Origin: Amoebidium appalachense
Lineage: Eukaryota; Protista; Ichthyosporea
DNA length: 19,348 bases
Direction: 5' to 3'
Assembly: GCA_963693365.1 (NCBI GenBank)
Contig: CAVNZM010000003.1
Coordinates: forward strand, 1,432,920-1,452,267
Part shown: positions 10,535 through 19,348 of the stretch, one piece after another
Numbering within the stretch: the first letter of the stretch is position 1
Layout: every line of letters begins with the position of its first letter
Made by a program: the position numbers and the translations under genes
Notes under the pieces: generated by a model
Seen by the model: only the letters and a program-made list of their open reading frames with translations
Databases searched by the model: none
What the model was told of the DNA's origin: nothing

Positions 10535-10998
10535 TGTGAGTGATAGTGTGTAGTAAAGTAAGAAAAAATTAGCATGTATTTCTACGGATAACGTATGGTA
10601 TTAAGACGTGCATGAATGTTTAGGCAAGGCTTGGGTACACATTATTATCGTTTCATTATAAAGCCATGAATGCATGCAAAGGAGAGGCATGTCCAAAGTG
10701 CAAAACTCACGGGCCTGAAAATACCTGTATGGGCTCGAATACATGCATACACAAACACAAACACCATAAAAAGACTCCTTCCCGATGCAAGAATGAAAGC
10801 CATGTGTGTTGAAAAAAAAAAGGAAAGGAGTCAATGAAGAGAAAAGATGAACAGCAGTCCTAAACGAAGATCAAACACTGGCCTTGCAGGCGTGCCAGTA
10901 CAGCGCGAGGGCAGGAAGAGGGTGGAGAGGCGAAGAGGGAGGGAAGGAGGCTGCGGACTTCAGAGTAGGGGCGGGAGGGGGCCGGGGGGGGGGGGGGG

Positions 10999-11029
<31 letters not shown>

Positions 11030-11811
11030 AGGGGAGGGGGTGGGGGGGGTAAAACTAACCTGCCTGTTGTGGCAAGGAGTCCACACGTCCAGAATGTTTC
11101 GCCACCATTTTTAATTAAGGAACATTGAAGGTAGCACGGTTCGAATTGAACGCAGAAGTAGAGTGATTAAAAAAGGGTGTCAAAAAAAACACACCACGTC
11201 TTGTATGTAATTGACATATATAATTGACAAACGATATGAACTTCGCGAACAACAGGAGCGGACTTATGACAAAGGAAACGAAGTTCTCCCCGGCAGATGA
11301 CCTGGTCGTAAAGGAAATAATGACTCTATGTTACAACCTCTGTTGCGCAATGCAATGACAAAGTTGACAGAGCGGCGCACGCAGTTTGACTACGGTAGCG
11401 TGCGCGAAACTTAGACTCCTTGCGTGCTTGCTCTTGGTCACGCACATTCACCTGCACTAATCGTTGCCGACTGGCACGTGTCAGTTCAAGCATCAAAGGA
11501 TGTGTGCCTCGATCGCATTCCTGGGTGCGGCCCAAACCAATCAAGTGCTAGCCCGCAGGTGCGTGCGGTTCAGCCCAAAAATCCGAGGCTCACGATCCAC
11601 GATTCCCCGCGGATCGGACCCGAAATATCGGTGCAGTGTAGGACCGCACGCCGCATGGGCAACATTCCTACAGGAGCAAAACACATTCCACAAAAAATCG
11701 GTGAAAATCGTCCATCGGCCGGCCCTACCAGTTCATAATGTAACCCGGTCGTCACTCGTAGGTACCTACTTTCCTATAGCGGGACTGGCAGTGACTAACC
11801 CCCTCCCCTAA

Positions 11812-12031
11812 TCAAAACTGCAGCGTGCCCTCCGGTGCAGCCCACCCAATGGGGTAGCTGCGTACACTACCGTCTGCCGCCTCAAACACCCCCCTCTTGT
11901 CGAAGGCACCCGACTGTGTCTTGCGCTGGTCCTTGCTGGCCAGGTGGTAGTTGTGGGGGACCCCGGGCACGGGTTCACGGAGCAGCCGGTGGTTGGTGAC
12001 GCTCACACTCGGCAGCTCGCCGTGCACCAGC
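11812..12031 (-). CDS. Possible terminal exon of an unidentified minus-strand gene
   Basis: TGTTGTAG acceptor (TAG at 12034-12032) followed by a 72-codon protein-like open frame (LVHGELPSVSVTNHRLLREPVPGVPHNYHLASKDQRK...GTLQF*). No family recognised. Confidence 0.25.
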
Positions 12032-12360
12032 CTACAACAGATAATGGGAGAAATTGTAAAGTTTACATTTTGTGACGTGGTGCCACAACGGGGGTATTTT
12101 ATTAGCATACGAATAGTAAATGCTGAGCTGGGGACCCGGCAGGAAAGATATCGACCAACGGGGACGGCCCGTCATGAGCGGTGTTCGGATACAAAAACAC
12201 AGCAAAATATTGACATGAAAACATCCGAACGGGGCCTGCACGTTCGTGTCAAATTATTCATATCATATCCAATTCGGATTCTGAGAGTCCACCAAGAAGA
12301 CAAAACGAACAAAAAACGTGCCCATCACAGATTAGTGGTGAAACACGTCTTCGGGGAAAC

Positions 12361-12588
12361 ACGTATTCCGGAATATATATTAGAATCAAAATAAGCATGT
12401 TCCAGGAGCCATAAGACGTGTCTGCAAGTCCATGAGCAAGACGTTATAGAAGTTAGACAGTATTGATACAAACATATTCCGGAATACGATATTATGGGAC
12501 AAGTGGTTTTGCTGTGGTTTGGGTCACGTAAAGATCTAATAGCTGAGCAGTCCCCAACGTGCAGAAAAACACATATTCCGGAATATGT
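12361..12588. repeat. Three dispersed copies of the 12-bp palindrome TATTCCGGAATA
   Basis: Cores at 12364-12375, 12475-12486 and 12574-12585. The third extends to a perfect 18-bp palindrome ACATATTCCGGAATATGT (12571-12588). Each copy is preceded by AAACA(C). Confidence 0.9.
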
Positions 12589-13089
12589 TAATCGGCCTAT
12601 TGCAAACCCAGTTTTGTGCATCCTCAACCATACATGCCCGTGCTATGGACCAGAAAAACTGATACACTTATTGGTGTCAAGAGAACCAACCCAACCCCAC
12701 CCCAATCTAAACCACCATCTACTCGAGCTAGTAGAGACAAAAGCCCTAAAACATAACATAACACAACATAACACAAAAAAAAAAACACAAGCCCGTTCGT
12801 TCGTTTGTTCGTTCCATGAGCATGTAAAAATATGTCAAGATAAAATGTGGCTGAAGGACAGGAAGCCGTTTATTCATTCAATCATTCATTCATTCTTTAC
12901 TTTCACTGAACGACGAGTGAATTCTCTAGAACATGTGTTTCAATACAATTATTGATGCAAATGAATACAAATTTATATATACCCACAGGGTATAACGTGA
13001 TGGTCATTCGAGCAAACATCATGGCCATTGCAGCTGTTGTTGTCGTCATTTGGGGCGCAAGCGCTTTGCAATCGGCTAGAAAAACATAC

Positions 13090-13206
13090 TAAGCGGCAAA
13101 GGTGGGGGTGGGCTGTCGGCATCATACTCAGCGTCTACACGGTGGGTTGCATGGTGTTGAGTGCTTTCCTGAATGATATCAGGTTCTCGGACACCATGTT
13201 CTTGAC
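13090..13206 (-). CDS. Candidate 117-nt phase 1-1 exon (QEHGVREPDIIQESTQHHATHRVDAEYDADSPPPPLPL)
   Basis: TAG acceptor (13209-13207) after a CA-rich tract, GTATGT donor at 13089, open only in phase 1. No compatible upstream donor identified. Confidence 0.35.
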
Positions 13207-13349
13207 CTATGTTTGTGTGTGTGCGTGTGCGCGTGTGTGCGTGGGTGTGCGTGTGCGTGTGCGTGTGCGTGTGCGTGTGTGCGTGTGCGATAGATTGTTA
13301 GCAGACTTATTTTCAACAAAAGTCAAAAAAAATTCCTAGAATATCCTTT

Positions 13350-14310
13350 TCACCATCCGTAAAACCATTCATCTTCCGGTCGCATTCTTCCAGTCCTGCG
13401 ATATAAAGACCCGTGCTTTTCAATGTGGCGAATTGAGTTATACAATCTGTATGTGGACAACAAGTTGTCAAGGCGTAAGGCAATGCATGGTTCGTTGATA
13501 GCACGTAGCATCCTTTTCACCGTGTCGCGTGTTTTTGACCAATTTTTGGTATAGGTGTAAAATCGGTACGCCTTTGATTTTCGATCAGAAGATTTCGGTT
13601 CGTTCTCTAAATAATCAAGTGATTTAGAAGAGAAAACATAACCCGACCACGTCATAACCCTTTCCGCCGCATCGACATCTCGCAGAAGCTGCATTATCTC
13701 TGGGTATCGATCTGAGCCACGAAATGCTGCCCGCATGTACTCAAGACTGATATCGTCGGGGCTGAGTGAGCCCATGTCGATATCACTGAACCGTTTAGGG
13801 GGAGGAACCACTGGGGGGGGGGACCGTGTCCGTTTTCTTCGGTGCCTTTTCAATGAATATAAGTATGTTATACAATCTGTAAGAATTTAACAATCTATCA
13901 ATGCGTTTTGCAGCTTCGCTTTCTCCGATACGTTACATCCACGTCACCACCCGAGCAGGAGATAAGGGTGCCGTCGGTTCGGTAGGGCTATGGCGGTGAA
14001 AAGGAAACCAACGGGCTGCCATTGAATTGTAATCTACAGGGCCCACCGGCTGTTCATCCCACGAGGGCGAAAAAAAATTGTAACCTGATGCAGCGATTTT
14101 CTCTTCTGCCTCGTCCAGGTCTTGCCACAGCTGCCTCATTTCAGGAAAAAAGGATGCTGTGCGCAAATGCGACTTCGCTAACTGGAACTTCAGCTCAGCA
14201 TTATCCAATGACCCCACGTTGATATCACTGTACGATTTAGCGAGGCATTGTTCACAGGGGCCTTGATCTCCTTCCTGGCAGTGGCCAAGTGTATAAGTTA
14301 CTCTAAACAA
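13350..14310 (-). pseudogene. Two tandem copies of an unrecognised ~140-aa helical domain, interrupted by an in-frame TAA (13935-13933) and a 1-nt frameshift at the G10 run (13813-13822)
   Basis: YSDINVGSL...FPEMRQLWQDLDEAEEKIAASGYNFFS aligns with FSDIDMGSL...YPEIMQLLRDVDAAERVMTWSGYVFSS. Past the stop, RIDRLLNSYRLYNILIFIEK aligns with RLDNLLSTYRLYNSIRHIEK. Identical DNA GTTATACAATCTGTA occurs at 13437 and 13867. Confidence 0.7.
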
Positions 14311-14589
14311 ATATCAGCTGTAGCCGTGTTTCGTGTGAAAACCTAAAACTCGGTGCTATGTTTTAAAAGAGCGTACCAGTAGGTCGGTAGATCGTGTTAA
14401 TTCACGAAAACGTTTGCGTGTACGAGCATGTTTGTGCGAGCTTCCGTGTGTGATTCTGTTCTTGTGTGTTGAATGTGGTGCATGTTTATGTGTTCAAGGG
14501 TTGGTATAATATGGGGTGTGAGCTCCGTGTGTGTGCATGTGTGCATGTGTGCGTGTGCATGATGCATGTGTGTGACTGAGTGCGCTCAC

Positions 14590-14718
14590 CTACATTGTGC
14601 ATCGTTTCCCCGGCATCCCCATTTTCTTTCTGTTCCTCCATGGGTGTTGGAGACTGGGTGACAGGCACAGGTGAAGGAGACCGGGTGTCAGGTAAGCTGT
14701 CGTGGGGTTGGGGGTTCA
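14590..14718 (-). CDS. Pro/Ser-rich exon of the OTU gene
   Basis: CAG acceptor at 14721-14719 (phase 1), open frame NPQPHDSLPDTRSPSP...ETMHNV, donors GTAGGT (14593) or GTGAGC (14589), followed by a CA-rich intron. Confidence 0.55.
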
Positions 14719-14933
14719 CTGTGGCAAAGGTGATGGTAAGTAGTTATAACTTGAGGCAGGCAACCAAACTTATCAAAAGAAAGCCCATCAATGATACGAT
14801 ACCTATGGATTGGATACACACTTTGTGTATTGCCAGTCATATCTTTGGGCAGACGTCTTTATATCTACATGTATTAGAGGGGAATAAGGGAATGGTTCAT
14901 AGTTTTCCCTAGCTCAACTCCCAAAAGACGCCC

Positions 14934-14970
<37 letters not shown>

Positions 14971-15063
14971 AATTGAAAATGTTATGATACGAGACCCTGA
15001 GACGAGTAAATCTACTCACATATGATGTGACAGCTTCTACGTATTTCTGTATAACAGGCTCAC

Positions 15064-15132
15064 CTTTAACTGCCTCAGAGTCGCTGATCGTGCCGCCGTC
15101 TGTGGCCTTGGGAGGTGGTGGCAGATTTGGAT
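15064..15132 (-). CDS. 69-nt phase 1-1 exon of the OTU gene (DPNLPPPPKATDGGTISDSEAVK)
   Basis: CTAAC branch, polypyrimidine tract, CAG at 15135-15133, GTGAGC donor at 15063. Phase matches both neighbouring exons. Confidence 0.6.
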
Positions 15133-15200
15133 CTGGAGATGGGAAGGGAATGGGGTTAGATGAAAGAAACTCGATGCTGCTTACTTAACAGCCCGTCCGT

Positions 15201-15412
15201 CCCCACCCCCACCCCCACCCCCACCCCCACCCCCACCCCCACCCCCACCCCCACCCCCACCCCCACCCCCACCCCCACCCCCACCCCCACCCCCACCCCC
15301 ACCCCCACCCCCACCCCCCACCCCCACCCCCACCCCCACCCCCACCCCCACCCCCACCCCCACCCCCACCCCCACCCCCACCCCCACCCCCTACCCCCAC
15401 CCCCACCCCCAC
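15201..15412. repeat. (CCCCCA)n / (TGGGGG)n hexamer array, about 35 units, inside an intron of the OTU gene
   Basis: Directly visible and nearly perfect, with one interruption near 15392. Confidence 0.95.
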
Positions 15413-15540
15413 TCTTTCGTTCCACAAAAACAAAAACAGAAACAGAAACAGAAAACAAAAGGGAAAAAACAGAACACCCAAGTGATGCTCTAATGTTCTA
15501 CGTTTGTGCAGGTGTATGCATGCGGTAGTATAATGCCATA

Positions 15541-16509
15541 TTATAGCAAACCGAGCATGTGCATCGTGGTAAAGGGCCAACAAATAACAGACAATGAGAT
15601 GCAAATGGAACCCTCACCGTGGAGTTGTTGCTTGAAGAGGCGGTAAACCCCAGGTGTTGTATGAGCGAGGAAGGTGTACAGGATATCGAAAGGACAATCC
15701 GCCACAGCCAAAATGAAGGCCATGTCGCTGCTGGTCTTAGATACCATTTCGATAGGCCAATAGTGACCGTTGATCAGGGCAATGTAACAAATTCCCGAGA
15801 CCCTTCCGTCAGGCATTTTCTCCCGTCGGGTACGGTTGACCTGGAATACTGGACGCACTGTGCGTTCGGCATCGTGCCCGGGTGTGTGACGTGGGGATAT
15901 CGTGACCAACGCCAGGCCGAATTCGCTGAGCAGGTACGACTGCAGTTTACCTATCTCCGCGTGGGTGGCCCATCGTCTGTGTGTGGGGTTTCCAACCCAG
16001 TCTTGCCATTCAGCCAGCGTGGCAGGAGGCGCCTTTGTGCTATTATCCGGCGTGTATGCGAGCTTTTCGGATTCGAGATCCTCCTGTGTGAGAAGGGATG
16101 CGGTGAGGCGCCGAATGACCGGCATTGGCACAGCGAAGATGGCTGCCACGGCATGATAGAAACAGCTTCCGTCATCAGGAACATACCGCAGGTGGAAAGA
16201 CGTTCCCATATTTGTGGTCAAATTTGGGATTGACGGTGCATTACTTCCCTTGTCAAGTGCCACCGTTGGTTCATCTGTCTCATCGTATAATCCATCGTGC
16301 CGTGTGCTGAATCGTAGTCGCACGTCATCTTGAAGACCGGAATATGACTCTGGCACGAGGCCAGGAGGTTGGGGCAGAGGGGTTTGGCCAATTGGGCTGG
16401 ATTCTGATGTTGCATTTACCGGGGGTGGACGGTCTTCTTGATCGTTGATGGTTAAGCCTGTGAGGAGGCAATGATTGTGAGACACATTGAATTCCATCAT
16501 GTTTATCAT
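15541..16509 (-). CDS. OTU-like cysteine protease (deubiquitinase-type) domain; probable exon 16457-15618 of a larger multi-exon gene
   Basis: OTU motifs VPDDGSCFYHAVA (Asp/Cys), WATHAEI and NGHYW (His). CAG acceptor at 16460-16458 and GTGAGG donor at 15617, both phase 1. Confidence 0.85.
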   Translation of the reverse strand: MINMMEFNVSHNHCLLTGLTINDQEDRPPPVNATSESSPIGQTPLPQPPGLVPESYSGLQDDVRLRFSTRHDGLYDETDEPTVALDKGSNAPSIPNLTTNMGTSFHLRYVPDDGSCFYHAVAAIFAVPMPVIRRLTASLLTQEDLESEKLAYTPDNSTKAPPATLAEWQDWVGNPTHRRWATHAEIGKLQSYLLSEFGLALVTISPRHTPGHDAERTVRPVFQVNRTRREKMPDGRVSGICYIALINGHYWPIEMVSKTSSDMAFILAVADCPFDILYTFLAHTTPGVYRLFKQQLHGEGSICISLSVICWPFTTMHMLGLL

Positions 16510-16535
16510 GTATCTAATCGCACGTGTGCATATTC

Positions 16536-16574
<39 letters not shown>

Positions 16575-16617
16575 GGGGGGTTTTTTTTTTTTGGATACCA
16601 AACGTGCAAGGACATAC

Positions 16618-16650
16618 CAGTCATGATGGGTTCAGGAGGGATATAAAGCA
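16618..16650 (-). CDS. Candidate 33-nt phase 1-1 micro-exon (LYIPPEPIMT) of the OTU gene
   Basis: CAG at 16653-16651 and a strong GTATGT donor at 16617. Phase is compatible with the flanking exons. Confidence 0.4.
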
Positions 16651-16713
16651 CTGACGGATTTAAAGCAGAGTATACACCCTTGATTCATGTACTGATACAA
16701 AAACAAAGTGGTC

Positions 16714-16832
16714 ACCAATTGTAAAATAAAATTTATCCGATGTAATAGTTTTAGTCTCCCTATGTCCCTATCTCCCTCTCTCCCTCTCTCAGAGTCTCTC
16801 TTTCTGTGATGTGTGTGTGTGTGTGTGTGCGT

Positions 16833-16881
<49 letters not shown>

Positions 16882-17357
16882 GGGGGGGGGGGGGCTACCT
16901 TTGTTGGCTTGTGTGGACAGTTCATGTTGTGGGGGTTGGGGTCGGGGGGACTCCTCGGTGTTTGGGGAGGGAGTGGTGCCGCCCTGGGGGTGTACCTGGC
17001 CTGCAAGGGGGGAAAATCGTGAGAAGGTTTATGTAATAAAAACGTGTACATGTTTGATCAAACTCATAATTAAAACCTTATGGACGAGTTTTATGGAACC
17101 CCTGGTAGCCTCAAATTTTTTGCAATGCTCCTTCATTTACACTATTCCATAATCAAAACCAGCATGGAGAGACGGTTTCACCGTGACACCTGTGTGTGTG
17201 TGACCAAATGTAAAATAAAATTTATCCGATGTAATAGTTTTAGTCTCCCTATGTCCCTATCTCCCTCTCTCCCTCTCTCAGAGTCTCTCTTTCTGTGATG
17301 TGTGTGCGTGTGCGTGTGCGTGTGCGCGTGCGTGTGCGTGTGCGTGTGCGTGTGCGT

Positions 17358-17401
<44 letters not shown>

Positions 17402-17851
17402 TACCTTTGTTGGCTTGTGTGGACAGTTCATGTTGTGGGGGTTGGGGTCGGGGGGACTCCTCGGTGTTTGGGGCGGGAGTGGTGCCGCCCTGGGGGTGTA
17501 CCTGGCCTGCAAGGGGGGAAAATCGTGAGAAGGTTTATGTAATAAAAACGTGTACATGTTTGATCAAACTCATAATTAAAACCTTATGGACGAGTTTTAT
17601 GGAACCCCTGGTAGCCTCAAATTTTTTGCAATGCTCCTTCATGTACACTATTCCATAATCAAAACCAGCATGGAGAGACGGTTTCAACGTGACACCTGTG
17701 TGTGTGTGACCAAATGTAAAATAAAATTTATCCGATGTAATAGTTTTAGTCTCCCTATGTCCCTATCTCCCTCTCTCCCTCTCTCAGAGTCTCTCTTTCT
17801 GTGATGTGTGTGCGTGTGCGTGTGCGTGTGCGTGTGCGTGTGCGTGTGCGT

Positions 17852-17902
<51 letters not shown>

Positions 17903-18353
17903 GGGGGGGGGGGGAGGGCTACCTTTGTTGGCTTGTGTGGACAGTTCATGTTGTGGGGGTTGGGGTCGGGGGGACTCCTCGGTGTTTGGGGCGGGAGTGG
18001 TGCCGCCCTGGGGGTGTACCTGGCCTGCAAGGGGGGAAAATCGTGAGAAGGTTTATGTAATAAAAACGTGTACATGTTTGATCAAACTCATAATTAAAAC
18101 CTTATGGACGAGTTTTATGGAACCCCTGGTAGCCTCAAATTTTTTGCAATGCTCCTTCATGTACACTATTCCATAATCAAAACCAGCATGGAGAGACGGT
18201 TTCAACGTGACACCTGTGTGTGTGTGACCAAATGTAAAATAAAATTTATCCGATGTAATAGTTTTAGTCTCCCTATGTCCCTATCTCCCTCTCTCCCTCT
18301 CTCAGAGTCTCTCTTTCTGTGATGTGTGTGCGTGTGCGTGTGCGTGTGCGTGT

Positions 18354-18384
<31 letters not shown>

Positions 18385-18700
18385 GGGGGGGGGGGCTACC
18401 TTTGTTGGCTTGTGTGGACAGTTCATGTTGTGGGGGTTGGGGTCGGGGGGACTCCTCGGTGTTTGGGGAGGGAGTGGTGCCGCCCTGGGGGTGTACCTGG
18501 CCTGCAAGGGGGGAAAATCGTGAGAAGGTTTATGTAATAAAAACGTGTACATGTTTGATCAAACTCATAATTAAAACCTTATGGACGAGTTTTATGGAAC
18601 CCCTGGTAGCCTCAAATTTTTTGCAATGCTCCTTCATGTACACTATTCCATAATCAAAACCAGCATGGAGAGACGGTTTCACCGTGACACCTGTGTGTGT
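16714..18700. repeat. Tandem array of 4 near-identical ~475-520 bp units, each carrying a 102-nt minus-strand exon candidate
   Basis: Units start at 16714, 17203, 17709 and 18227 (ACCAA(A/T)TGTAAAATAAAATTTATCCG). Length differences lie in the GT/GTGC/poly-G tracts, with only a few substitutions elsewhere. Exons at 18501-18400, 18024-17923, 17506-17405 and 17000-16899. Confidence 0.95.
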
Positions 18701-18788
18701 GTGTGTATGTGTGTGTGTGTGTGTGCGCACGCGGGGGAACGGGGGGGAACGGGGGGGAACCGGGGGGGGGGGGGGGGGGGGGGGATAC

Positions 18789-19083
18789 CTTCTGCACCAG
18801 ACAAAGTCTGTTGTGGAGTGTCGCTTTCACGCGATGACTGCAGGTAGGCCTCCCGCAGGAGGTTAACAGGAGGGGGTCGTGTATTAGCCAGGTACAATTC
18901 GAAACCCATTGGGTTCCGATCTGGTTCGGGCATGACCCCGGATGGTGGCTGACGGACACAAGGCCTGGCCTTAGCAGCCACTCTTTCGTCTGTGTGCAGG
19001 GGGGTATCAGGGTGTTCATGCCTCCCGGTTGATGGAGGGGCAGGAGGGGTTTTGACGGATGGATCCGTGTCTGTGAACCACAT
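18789..19083 (-). CDS. Upstream Pro-rich exon, probably of the OTU gene
   Basis: Non-repetitive part of ORF 18679..19083 (MWFTDTDPSVK...GFELYLANTRPPPVNLLREAYLQ...SGAE), ending at G|GTATCC (donor 18788, phase 1) followed by poly-C. The 5' end is uncertain and may lie beyond the window. Confidence 0.5.
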
Positions 19084-19348
19084 GTTTCTGTCAGTTGATG
19101 TTGATGTATTACACCGAAAATAAAATGCCAGGAATCATGATGAAGATATTGACGTGGTAACGAATAGAACTAGAAATGACCACCAACATCATTACGAAAC
19201 TAAAAATAGGCCATAGTTTACCTGTATACGGTTTTTCCACACACACCGTCTCATTTTGTATGTGTAGTGTCACGAGTGTATGCTTGCTCTGGGAAGATGA
19301 GACTCCATCTCACAGTTTGTAACCTGATGCTTACAAACGATGCAGGAA

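Noticed and set aside
11129-11155. GGTTCGAATT resembling a tRNA T-loop or Pol III B-box
   Set aside because: No flanking T-stem, cloverleaf or properly spaced A-box could be built.
12361-12588. Palindromic repeats with unique spacers as a CRISPR-like array
   Set aside because: Only three repeats, a 12-18 bp core, spacers of about 90-100 bp with unequal length, no cas genes, and a eukaryotic intron-containing context.
13933-13935. In-frame TAA as evidence of stop-codon reassignment (TAA=Gln)
   Set aside because: About 1200 transposase codons and the OTU exon contain no in-frame TAA or TAG, and TAA ends the transposase. A point mutation is the simpler explanation.
15619-16233. 204-aa plus-strand ORF
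   Set aside because: Antisense shadow of the OTU exon with no recognisable motif.
16537-16592. Long poly-T run as a retroposon poly(A) tail
   Set aside because: No TSD or retroelement body is evident, it lies inside an inferred intron, and homopolymers are common throughout the window.
18530-18690. Second possible exon in each tandem unit (GVTVKPSLHAGFDYGIVYMKEHCKKFEATRGSIKLVHK)
   Set aside because: It has a CAG acceptor and an open phase-1 frame, but no convincing phase-1 donor to connect to the 102-nt exon, so it is unsupported without RNA data.
1-19348. Window ends as the TIR pair of one complete element
   Set aside because: The first and last bases (CGCCCGGG... and ...TGCAGGAA) are not inverted repeats, and the TATTGNCAATA motifs do not recur at the right end.

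Overview
Eukaryotic, intron-rich DNA, probably from a microbial eukaryote. The introns are packed with (GT)n, (GA)n and poly-G/poly-C tracts, which produce most of the spurious CVCV/HTHT/GGGG/PPPP ORFs in the track. The + strand holds a 7-exon CACTA/EnSpm (CMC)-type Tnp2-family DDE transposase (2920-10382). All six GT-AG introns are phase-compatible, giving about 1203 aa from ATG 2920. The transposase frame is open further upstream, from 2710, and encodes a C2H2-like zinc finger at about 2803-2868. This overlaps the 3' end of a multi-pass membrane-protein ORF (1784-2920) in the -1 frame, at a G7 run and an A_AAT_TTT slippery heptamer. The arrangement points to a membrane-anchored transposase fusion of about 1580 aa, either by programmed frameshift or obscured by a 1-nt indel. 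The - strand holds a convergent multi-exon gene with mostly phase-1 introns. It has an OTU-like cysteine protease exon, a 102-nt exon quadruplicated by a ~500-bp tandem array, and a tandemly duplicated ~140-aa domain I do not recognise, broken by one stop and one homopolymer frameshift. The left end has a cluster of quasi-palindromic TATTGNCAATA motifs resembling transposon subterminal repeats, and a divergent coiled-coil exon. No matched TIR pair is visible, so the element boundaries cannot be fixed from this window.
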